Origin: Octopus bimaculoides
Taxonomy: Eukaryota
Assembly: GCF_001194135.2 (NCBI RefSeq)
Contig: NC_068990.1
Span: 15,149,208-15,213,207 of the forward strand
Reading direction: 5' to 3'
Length of the DNA: 64,000 bases
Shown: positions 39,301-49,113 of the stretch, in pieces
Position numbering within the stretch: the first letter of the stretch is position 1
Layout of the letters: every line of letters starts with the position of its first letter
Made by a program: the position numbers and the translations under genes
The notes under the pieces: model-generated
What the model saw: the letters and a program-made list of their open reading frames with translations, nothing else
The model's database searches: none
Told to the model about the DNA's origin: nothing

Positions 39301-42300
39301 ATCACATGGTCAGGAGCTCAATTCCTGGCAGTGCACTGTGTCCCTGAGCAAGATGCATTATTTCTTGTGCCCCAGTCAACTCAGCTGGCAAAAATGAGCT
39401 GTACCTGTAATTCAACGGAGCTGCCTTGTCATGCTGAATCTTCCTGATGTTAATGGTATGCAAGTCTGTGGAGTGCTCAGCTACTTGCAAGATAATTTCA
39501 CAAGTAGGTTGTTCAGTTGCTTGTATCAACTGGAACACTAATCATCATAACTGACAGAGAGTCAAGCCTAATCTTCAATTAGAATAGTTTCAAGATAAAA
39601 ATTTAGTCGGGTTCATGAAAGAACCTTTTGCTACGCTGTTACAAACTCCATCATATATCTACAAATGTAAGTTATAGCTGATTTGTGAAACTTGTCTAAA
39701 TTCTTGAAAATTTCAAGATTTAATTGAAACATTCTAATTAAAATACAGTAGCAAAAAGGTTAATGTTTTTGTATCCAAGATCTTGTGAGCTATCAGATCT
39801 TGAAGATTAATTACTAGATGATTATGATTTTACATACTAAAGAGCAAGTCCCAAACACACTTAAATTTTAAGATCTTAAAAAACATTTGTTTTCATTGTG
39901 AATATTCTGAAAATGGTAGAATAGCTCAGTTAAACTGAAGAGTAAGAATCATAATTATCAAAACAATTTTAAACTTGGATAAGAATTATCTTCATATCGA
40001 TTGAAATGTTAGCTATGTTTAGGTTTTAAACTTTCCAATAATACAGTAAACTTTATGTAAAAAAAAGTAAAATAAAATAAGCTTCAATTACTGTCTAGTT
40101 TTAATTTAGTCAAAATATTGAACATCTTTTTTAAACTGAGTAGACTTTAACCCTTTAGCATTCACATTACTCTAATGCTTATTTTTGCTTTTATTTATTC
40201 CAGTTATTAGACTGCAGCCATGCTGGAGCACTGCATTGGGGAATTTTTTTAGTCGAATGAATGGATCCCAGTACTTATTCTACTGGTCTCTTTTGCTGAA
40301 CCACTAAATTGCAAGGGTGTGAACATACCAGCACCAGTTGTCAAGCAATGGTGGGGGAGGGGGTGACAAACACACACTACAAGCTTCTTTGAATTTCTGT
40401 CTACCATATCCATTCACAAGGTTTTGGTTGGTCCAAAGTGCCAACACAGTGCCTGGAACCATTGTGGTTGGGAAGCAAACTTCTTTATTTCATTACATTT
40501 GCCATAAAGGCATAATACAGATGGAAGCTTGCGGGCTGGATACAGACACAATGATGCTGATGGAATGAAAAAAGAGATGGTTGGTGGGGGAAGCAGCCAA
40601 TGCCAGCCGACTGTTACTTCCCGATAACATTGTTCTTTTTTAAAAACACAAATGAGGTGTTGAACCACTTACAACAATTACAAATTGAGGCGCTGAGACT
40701 CTTACCAATCAAAAAAAAGTTCGCTAAGCCTCTTACCAAGTTCAAATCAAGGCACTAAGACCTCTTACTCTACTTCCCCGATTGAGTCTCTTGCTGCCTG
40801 CAGTCGCAAGCCGGGGTGCCATAAGAGATAATTGTATTCATCCTTGGTAAAGGAATCCATCACCCTGTATAAATAATTTTCCGCCATGACCTCTGCAGTC
40901 ACCTGCGGAGGCCAATCTGGGTTTTCAATGCAGGTCAGGACCTTCTGTTCCTGACCTTCCAGATTCCTTGCAAAGTTCTCTATTGTCCCTCTCTTAAGAA
41001 AGATCACACATTCTTCATTTATCATACTGGGAGGGGGCCACAGTTTCCTCTGTCGGTGGCACAATTCCCACCGACGAGATTTTGGGACATGCTGGCAGTG
41101 TACTGCTAACCACCGGCACTGTCCCATTCTTTTTCTTCTTGTCTTTGATACAGGAGGAGGTGGTTCCTCTGCTTTAACCGGAGGATCATCCCTCCCTCCC
41201 GCAGCTTTAGGGTCCTTTGGTGAGCAACCATTGTTGCCCACCTTCCTTTTTTTCGGGGAGGTCAACCTCCTCGACTACCTCTACCTCTCCCTCCAGAGGA
41301 GGAAGGGAGGGGGCTCTTCTACAACCAACTGTTCTAGGACCCTACTCTGGTCCTGGGAACAGTTCTTTTTGATGTGACCTGGTTCCAGGCAAAAGTGACA
41401 CTTGCGGGGGGAGGGGGGGGGCTCCAGAATCACCGGGTACCTGCAACCGGCCATTTTCAAAAAATCTGGAGAAACCAGATTCTTGGCTGATTGGATCCAC
41501 AGGGTCAAAGCAGCTTTTGACCCAACACAATCAGCTTGGATCTGCTACCACCCAGACCCCGGCAGACAGGGTCCTGTATCGACTCGGGTTCTATCCTGGG
41601 TGGCAACCCGCAGACCCAAGCTCTTGTCAACTTGGGGAAAAACAAAATCTCTTTGCCCTCTAAGGGCTGGCTCACAAATTTGCGAGACTCCTCAGGGGTG
41701 CCAAACAGCAACCACACTATTGCATATTTGACCCCACTTGAGATGAATTTAAATAGTTGGCAAATACCCTGTCAACTCTTTTTCAATTTGTGTCTTTTGA
41801 AAGAGAGCAATGGTGTTGAGCGATTTTGAGTAAGTCCTTAACACCACCGTCCTCTTTTTATCCACTGTTTGGGTGGGACAATGTCCCACTCTAACGTTGT
41901 GTTGTTTATCTCTTTTGCCATGTTCCTTTTTTTTGGGNNNNNNNNNNNNNNNNNNNNNNNNNNNNNNNNNNNNNNNNNNNNNNNNNNNNNNNNNNNNNNN
42001 NNNNNNNNNNNNNNNNNNNNNNNNNNNNNNNNNNNNNNNNNNNNNNNNNNNNNNNNNNNNNAAAAAAAAAAAAAAAAATGCAGGAAGGAATGAAGAAAAG
42101 AAACCGTTCAAAAACACAGCAAACTATTCTGGCCGTCCTGGTACTCCTGGCCAACTTGGTAATCCAGGGCACAAAACAGTCACACAACAATTTCATCAAA
42201 AAATAAGCACAATTATAGGAGGAGGGATACACCCCCAAAACACACTTCTCACCACTAAGTGAGACTTTAAACACAACTACAGGCAGACAAACGCCCAGAA

Positions 42301-45300
42301 CTCAGTGGAGATTTCTTGTTCGATAAAATAATTAAACATAAGCAACAAATCCCCACTGAATCCCAAAAAAACAAATGTCTTACCTTGTAGTTGTGCATCA
42401 CTTGTTCAATAATTCACGACGTTGGTGTCATGACTCCTAGCAGTGCAAATAAAACACTGACCAACGCATGCGCAGGAAACAAGCTTCTTACTATACAGCC
42501 ATGTCTATTCACATTGTTTTGAATTGACAATGCAACATCTCGTAGCTTCAAGATTTAAATGTGATTGTTTATTTTTAGAATGGCATTGTAGGGTAGGTAT
42601 AAGATCCCAGATCTGGCTGGTTTGAACACAAAAGCAAAATGTTTAGGCCAGTTATGGGCAATTTAAATGCTAAAGGGTTAAGAAAACAGAACATGTGCAT
42701 TATCCAATTACTAATGAAGAAACTTAGTACACTTACAACATTCCAGCATTTGGCATTTCTGGTTGCAAAGGACTAATAAATTGCAATAATAGCCTGCAAA
42801 ATAAATAAATAAATCAAATATAAAAACCTGAACAAAATTTAATAGTCAATAAAAATTATCAAAGTGCTGCATGGTAATAATATATAATTTAAAAAAAACA
42901 AAAAAAAACATCTAAGCAAACTCTAGCATTAGGGAAAGGGACAAAAAGTTAAATGACCTGCATATGTACAGCTAAAGCTTTTGGTACACAATTGCAGAAT
43001 TTAACAGATTGATATTTCCAAAACATGGTGCAATATATGGTTGAAACCAAAACCTTTTGTTTGATCTGTCTGCTTTTCCATGCTAACATGGGTTAAATGA
43101 AAGTGTTATTGAGGTATTGTCATTTTTTTTAATAGCCAGATGCCTTTTTTGACAAATTTTCAAGTAATGGATCTCTTATTCTAAACGGTTTCAAAAGCAC
43201 AAAGCAACTGGACAAGTTACTGACAGGAATGGTGTTATCAACACCATTACATGGACAAAATTTTCAAATGAATAAGCATAGATGAAGGAAATATATACGT
43301 ACACAAGTGTATGTGTGTGTCTAGCTACATATCTCTCTCTATACATCTCCAAACTATAATTTCAGTTTCTGCCTACCAAATCCATTGACATGACACTTTG
43401 GTCAGCCCAGGGGTATAGCAGGAAAACACTTGGCCAATGTGTCATGCAGGAGAACTGAACCCAAAACTATGTGTTTGGCAAGCAAACTTCTAAACCAAAT
43501 AGCCAAGCCTGCATCTAAAATATTCACATTAGCAGAGCATGATGCTGAAATTTGAAAATTGTCAAAAGACGTTGACAACACTAAAAGGAATGTTCCAATT
43601 TTACTCTAGAGAACACAAACATTAGTTGTTAAAGCCCAATTCAAACCTGATCAAATAGAGCAGAAGCATTTCAGCGACAATCAGTTTTTTTAGTGTCTAC
43701 AACTACATGATGCAATGTATCTGGGAGTGTCTAAGACTACATGATGCAATGTATCTGGGAGTGTCTAAGACTACATGATGCAATGTGTTCATTTAGAATA
43801 GAAAGTAAGATGAAGCAGATTACATGAATGATCTTGGACATATAAATTTATCCCCATTTCTCATTTCATGGATATATAATTTGAAAAGCACCTTTAAAAA
43901 CGTATCCCTATAATTTACCTACATACATTTTGAATGATATTACAAATGATTATAATTTTGGCACAAGGCCAGCAATTTTGAGGAAAGGAAGAAGTCTAGT
44001 ACATTGACCCAAGAGTTTAAATGATACTCATTTTTATCAACCTTGAAAGGATGAAAGGTAAAGCTGACATTGACAGCATTTGAACTCGGGGCATAAAGAG
44101 CCAGAAGAAATGCCTTTAAGCATTTTGTCTGGCACAGTAACAATTCTGCCAACTTGCTAATGATAAAGTTTACAACTTAGGCAAAGGGATTACTAACCTA
44201 CAACACCTCACAGATTTCATTGAAATAAAATTTCATATTTACCTTTCTATATCATAAAACTGAGGTCTATCTCTTTGATTAGGCCGACGCCTACCATTAC
44301 TTCGTCGTTCACTACCATCATCATCTCTGTCTTGCTGTTGAGTCTCTCTTGGGCGAAGAGCATGACTTCTAAAGTTATCCCAGAACTATAAAAGAAAAAA
44401 GGCAAACATTGTAATGGAGTTAATAGACAACTTATCTACTGTTATAAACTAATGATCTGTTTAGTTACATATTATGCCAAATGTCCTCTGCAAAGAGACT
44501 CAGATGATATACACAACAATGGAGAAGATAGAAGACTTTGGGATGAGGACAATTTCTGACTGGACAAATTAAGCAGGACAGGCAGGGTTACAAATGTTGT
44601 AGAACTAAAAAAGCTGAAAACCCAAAAGGAGACACCTATTGTTGAGAAGCAAGTCCACAAAGCAATTGAATTTTGGACATGCAATGCACCACGAGTCACT
44701 ACTTGAGACCAACCTGACAGGAAATGTGTAAGGGAAGAGAGCAAGAAGTGATCAAAGAGGTTTGTGGACTGATGGCCTCAAAGAACAGACTGGAAAAAAG
44801 AACTTGATTGTGTGCATGCAGCTGCTGTTGTTGTTGTTGTTGGTACTCCATTGCTTACGACGTCGAGGGTTCCAGTTGATCCAATCAACGGAACAGCCTG
44901 CTCATGAAATTAACGTACAAGTGGCTGAGCACTCCACAGACACGTGTACCCTTAACGTAGTTCTCGGGGATATTCAGTGTGACAAGGCTGACCCTTTGAA
45001 TTACAGGCACAACAGAAACAGCAAGTAAGAGTGAGAGAAAGTTGTGGTGAAAGAATACAGCAGGGTTCGCCACCATCCCCTGCTGGAGCCTCGTGGAGCT
45101 TTAGGTGTTTTCGCTCAATAAACACTCACAGCTCCCGGTCTGGGAATCGAAACCGCGAGTCCGCTACCCTAACCACTGGGCCATTGCGCCTCACCTGTGC
45201 ATGCAGCACAACAGAAGAAACTGAAGAGTCTTGGCAAGCCAACAGAAGGTTGACACCTGACTGCTGGCTACTTAGTAGGTATTAGAAACCCAAGTACATG

Positions 45301-48300
45301 TATTGAACATTCAGCTTACATTTCCTGGTTTGTTGTTTAGTCCTATCCTTGACAATGTACTTTGTTGTGAAACTTCCTGCTAAAAGATTTCCATGACTAT
45401 CACAGACTTATCAAATCCAGGTCAGCATGGATAAAATCCAAAACCTCATTGATTTTATTTCCATTTTTCCAAGGAAGTCAACATTACTTTGGTTAGAGCT
45501 CAAAGCTGGGGGAAGTAAAAAGATTTTCTCACATGTGCGAAGATGGGCATCAAACTAAATCTTCCTTTTCAGAAGTTTAAGACAGAAGGAAACAAAAAAA
45601 CTGAAGAACTGAGTAAATTATATTAACATTAAAATAAATTAGTATTTCCTACTTCAAGAAGTTCAGCTGAAAATTTTATTAAATACAAAATAATTTGTAG
45701 AATAAAATCTAAACGGGGGGGAAAAAAAAAAAAAGACAATATCTTACATCTAAAACATAGCTTACAGAATCTTGATCTTGTTGTGAAGGCGTAGTTCTTG
45801 GTGTGTTGGAAAAATCTCTGAAGGAAACAAAAAAGAATTCTGTTAGGTCATAAAAGAATATAACATTTTTTTTTTTCCAGTTAAAATCTCCAGAAAATAA
45901 AAGAAAATATGATCCAGAAGTGAAATGTAAAAAATTAAAACTTTTTTGGTCAGATGTCAGAAATGCCAGTGTCTCCATAAGTCAAAACTAGTTCTGCATT
46001 TACCCATGTACAGATGTTTTGAAGACCGACAGTTGCTCATGAATACAAGTTTTTTTTCTGTCTTGAATAACTTAGGCCAATACAGTTTAGCATCAGTGTT
46101 GTTACAAGTGTTGCAGTCAAAACAAAAAGGACCAGAACTAATATCATAAGTAATATTGTCCAACCCTTTAACTCTTCTAATCAACCCACAGCACTGAATC
46201 AATATTTTTTTTAAATTGAAAAAAAAAAAAAAAGAAGGTTGATTTTGGTAGAATTTGCAGAGAATTAGAACAATTACTGTGAAATATTCTATCCTATGTG
46301 CTTAACACCCCTGCAGATTCACCACCTTAAATGTCTGAGATGAGTCCTGTTCAGTAAGAATTGTTTCTACGGTTAATCTCATTTTTGAAAATGAACTTTT
46401 TGGTTTTTGAGCACCAATGATCATGTCACGTCAAAGATCACAGGCGACGCTGTCACGTAAAAAGCACAGGCGACGCTGTCAGGTAAAAGGCACAGGCGAC
46501 GCTGTCACGTAAAAGGCACAGGTGACGCTGTCACGCAAAAGGCACAGGCGACGCTGTCACGCAAAAGGCACAGGCGACGCTGTCACGCAAAAGGCACTCA
46601 TTACACTGTATAGTGGTTAGCATTAGGAAGGGCAGCCAGTTGTAGAACCATGCCAAAACAGATAACAGAGCCTGGTGCAGCTCCTGACAAAACATCTGAT
46701 CCATACCGGCATAGAAAACTGACTATAAATGTACAATATATCTGTACTATATTTCAATTGGATCATCTCGATCATTATAAATTATTTTACTGAATGTGTA
46801 CAACGCTTTAGCTTAGAAATAAAAAGGTATGTAATTGTAATGCATTCAAAATGTACACAAGAAATATAATACCTGATAATGATCAGGGATCAAATCAATT
46901 GAAAATGTATTGTAAATGTTAAAAACCTATATTCAAAGGATCAAGGTTTAATTGCTTGGGAAAAATTTTTTTTTTATTATGGCATGAGATATGAAATCAA
47001 GGATTTGTGCATGTGATATAATAAACCAAATAATAAATTCTGTTAAATTAGAGGCAAATATCTGAAAAATTATGAATATTAGTAAAAAAAAAAAAAAAAA
47101 AACTGAGCAAAATTGAATTGAGAGCAGAAAATATTAAGGAACAGCAATGGACTGAAATAATCTAAAGAATGAACAGACAAGATGGGAACTACATAACCCA
47201 TCTCAGAACAGTAACTAAATAAAAACTTACACAAGGTAGACGGGACACTAACCCTGTTACACAGAACTGATGCCAGCAGATCAATTAAACACATCCAGTT
47301 CACACCATAATGTAGATGATCAAAAACGGAAGGCACCGAGCTGTATAAATTACACTTAAAATATAAATACAAATGATTATATACACAAGGAGATGGTCTG
47401 TTTGCTGTGTCCAACCCATACCAGCATGGAGAATGGCTGTTAAATGATGATTATGCCAGATGATGAAGGGCCCCAACAAGTGACATATGTTCAACTCTTG
47501 CCAGTAAGAAAAAACAATTGAATATGTTGGAATAATAGTTGGCTGTCAAAAGAAAACAGTGACTTCATCATTCCTTTGAATAATTCTTGATCATATTTTC
47601 TATAAATGTATGACATTAATCCTTATCTTTTACCTCTATCAGTTACTCGCCAGCTGTCGCACTGGGGCACCACCTTGAAGGATTTTAGTCAGTAACAAAT
47701 CAACACCAGTACTATTTTTTTAAGTACAGTACTTATTCTATCAGTCTCTTATCAAAACCATTAAGTTACAGAGACAGAACAAGCCAACACTGGCCATCAT
47801 GTGGTGGAAGGGAGAGGACAAACAAAGCACAAAGACACACACACAACAGCCTTCCATAGTTTCTGCTTACCAAATATGCTCAGAAGGTATTGGTTGGCCT
47901 AGAACAATAGAAAACACTTGCCTGAAGTGCTACACAGTAAGACCGAATCTGAAACCACATGGCTGCAAAGTAAGTTTGCTAACCATAAAACTGAATATTT
48001 TTAGTGTCAGATGTAAATTTTCACAGTAGGCGTTTTGATATACAAAAACAAACCATTAACCAGCTACATCTGTAATGCAAGTGGTAAGGTTTAAATTCAT
48101 GTTACATGGGCAATATCTAGCATCTCCAGTGCCACACTCAAATCAATATCTCAAATAATTTAATCAATATATATACCAAATCAAATCAATTTTTTAAAAG
48201 CAAAGGGTATGATAGTTTGTCAACATGATAGAATAAAGTCCATGTTTTAGCCATGAACTTCAGTAATCATGGTTTGACATTTCTTGAGTTAGTTTTAAGC

Positions 48301-48485
48301 ACATAAATACTAGGATAACTTGCAAAATATTTGTCTATTATTTGGCATACAAATCTGTTACAACTGTACAGCAAATCTGATATCATTTATGACACTAAAA
48401 AAACAATTATCTAAATCCAAATGTCTAAAAGTATTCACAAACTAATGATAAAATGACCATTTTAAAATGCCAGTTTATTTGAAAA

Positions 48486-48523
<38 letters not shown>

Positions 48524-49113
48524 CAGGATAAGCACAAATGGAAAACTTATGGGCTTTTCTTTTTGATCAGATATTAGGAGCTAAACAACAAAAACAGTAA
48601 GACTAATTCAACCCCTGTGAGAGGATCATCTGGAACTCCAAAGAGAATTTTGCAAATCAAGAGCAGAGATCCAATTAGACCAACTCAACCAGAGCTATCA
48701 TTGCCAGTTCAGGGCTAAACAACAACAGGTGTGATAGCGAAGCTTACTTCACAACCACATGGTTTCAGATTTACTTCCATTGCACAACACTTTGAGCAAG
48801 AGTCTAGCCTCGAGTTGACCAGAGAGAACCTTATGAGTAAAGTTGGGAAATAGATGGAAATTGTGCAAAAGCTTGTTGGAAGAGCCATTACTGTTCTTGG
48901 GTGGCACACTTCTTAATTTGTTAATCTACCAGGTCCTTAGATGATTTTAATTGGTGTCCATTATTGCAACTATTCATTGAGTCCCTAAAAAGGGTCAAAA
49001 GTTTTCAGTGCTGTCATTTTAATCATCATAACAATTATACATGAAAATTAAAATTAATCTTACTCTGTAATTTCTTCTACAAATCCATTTTCACAGCGGG
49101 GACATGTGAAATC
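23086..49113 (-). CDS. RNF115/RNF126: RNF115/RNF126-family RING-H2 E3 ubiquitin ligase, 5'-partial: join of 49064-49113, 45766-45817, 44243-44385, 42737-42793, 38210-38285, 36499-36592, 26447-26562, 23086-23178
   Basis: Eight exons with AG acceptors (and GT donors on all but the last) total 681 nt in one open frame: DFTCPRCENGFVEEIT...[42 protein letters not shown]...CPICLNEFELSEQVKELGCNHQYHINCIDQWLSRHGNCPVCRKDLNG...MDLS*. The CPRCxxGFVEE zinc-finger half, NPGDYAWG/GLDxxIxQL motif, PPA motif and RING-H2 match this family. Confidence 0.95.
23560..23882 (+). mobile_element. SINE-like repeat with (GAT)n tail (family B); copies near 8300-8400, 8590-8760, 18600-18790, 58360-58645, 58885-59149, 59810-60056
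   Basis: Shared gttggcgttaggaagggcatccagc...catgctagcatggaaagcggacgttaaacgatgatg block. Confidence 0.85.
23963..24720 (+). mobile_element. CR1/L2-like LINE 3' fragment (RT, internally deleted)
   Basis: SGVPQ/SDLGPLLFVAYINDID...LKYANE; LQSDLD; WNKLPASVV..FK. Confidence 0.85.
26447..26562 (-). CDS. RNF115/RNF126: RNF115/126-like RING-H2 exon (KNLQCPICLNEF...CNHQYHINCIDQWLSR)
   Basis: atctcttttag acceptor, gtaagt donor, 116 nt, phase 1 to 0; six of the eight RING-H2 ligands. Confidence 0.97.
27802..27870 (-). pseudogene. Decayed intronic duplicate of the RNF last coding exon
   Basis: GAAAGATTTAAATGGAAGATAGGATTGTAAAACACAATTCA aligns to 23110-23165 (about 50 of 63 nt by eye, 2-nt deletion); keeps an AG acceptor at 27871-27872. 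Confidence 0.75.
31600..32735 (+). mobile_element. Decayed piggyBac-type transposase
   Basis: Acidic N-terminus SDCDSNSDS; PEDLKPIDY..FF/PIEMFQTITAETNCYAE; YIPGKPTKLG; YRDRKLIYLST; KYNYIDNVEQMNQML.DY in family order, with deletions and stops. Confidence 0.8.
33864..34051 (+). repeat. Minisatellite, 27 bp x 7
   Basis: Unit cccagcctgctaatgactgccagtttg. Confidence 0.95.
35307..35693 (-). mobile_element. tRNA-derived SINE (family C) with 16-bp TSD
   Basis: TSD cagactgtaatacatt at 35291-35306 and 35694-35709. Confidence 0.9.
36499..36592 (-). CDS. RNF115/RNF126: RNF115/126-like exon ([31 protein letters not shown])
   Basis: cattttgtag acceptor, gtaagt donor, 94 nt, phase 0 to 1. Confidence 0.96.
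36725..37060 (+). mobile_element. tRNA-derived SINE (family D) with 11-bp TSD
   Basis: TSD atttgatacat at 36714-36724 and 37061-37071; gagttcaaatcc B box. Confidence 0.85.
37549..37880 (+). mobile_element. Decayed AP-endonuclease-like LINE fragment
   Basis: NNIRLIQANV start, AGD motif and SDHLAFLIHL end in AP-endonuclease order; A-rich strand. Confidence 0.45.
38210..38285 (-). CDS. RNF115/RNF126: RNF115/126-like exon ([25 protein letters not shown])
   Basis: ttttcttcag acceptor, gttagt donor, 76 nt; family signature NPGDYAWG. Confidence 0.96.
40151..42677. mobile_element. piggyBac-type MITE interrupted by a SINE and the gag-only element
   Basis: TTAA|ccctttagcatt ... aatgctaaaggg|TTAA ends; same family near 5640-5735, 19060-19220, 27130-27325, 53405-53617, 55195-55420. 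Confidence 0.75.
40486..42479 (-). mobile_element. ORF1/gag-only non-LTR-like element with 10-bp TSD; decayed ORF 41921-40765 with CCHC knuckle
   Basis: TSD caaacttctt (40476-40485) / caagcttctt (42480-42489) splits a SINE; CHFCLEPGHIKKNC at 41359-41400; 3' end gtaatgAAATAAA; no RT-like sequence seen. Confidence 0.8.
42737..42793 (-). CDS. RNF115/RNF126: RNF115/126-like exon (LLLQFISPLQPEMPNAGM)
   Basis: ttattttgcag acceptor, gtaagt donor, 57 nt, phase 2 to 2. Confidence 0.82.
43702..43786 (+). repeat. Tandem repeat, 34 bp x 2.5
   Basis: Unit actacatgatgcaatgtatctgggagtgtctaag. Confidence 0.9.
44243..44385 (-). CDS. RNF115/RNF126: RNF115/126-like exon (FWDNFRSHALRPRE...RPQFYDIE)
   Basis: ttcttttatag acceptor, gtaaat donor, 143 nt, phase 0 to 2; R/D-rich linker. 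Confidence 0.88.
44500..44795 (+). mobile_element. RTE/BovB-like LINE C-terminal fragment
   Basis: QLNFGHAMHHESLLETNLTGNV*GKRARSDQRGLWTDGLKE. Confidence 0.65.
44823..45195 (-). mobile_element. tRNA-derived SINE (family C) with 12-bp TSD
   Basis: TSD tgtgcatgcagc at 44811-44822 and 45196-45207; body matches 35307-35693. Confidence 0.9.
45766..45817 (-). CDS. RNF115/RNF126: RNF115/126-like exon (DFSNTPRTTPSQQDQDS)
   Basis: tttccttcag acceptor, gtaagc donor, 52 nt, phase 2 to 0; fits both neighbours. Confidence 0.82.
46439..46597 (+). repeat. Minisatellite, 26 bp x 6
   Basis: Unit cacaggcgacgctgtcacgyaaaarg. Confidence 0.95.
49064..49113 (-). CDS. RNF115/RNF126: RNF115/126-like exon, C-terminal half of the N-terminal zinc finger (DFTCPRCENGFVEEIT)
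   Basis: ttatttttag acceptor, gtaaga donor, 50 nt, phase 0 to 2. Confidence 0.93.
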
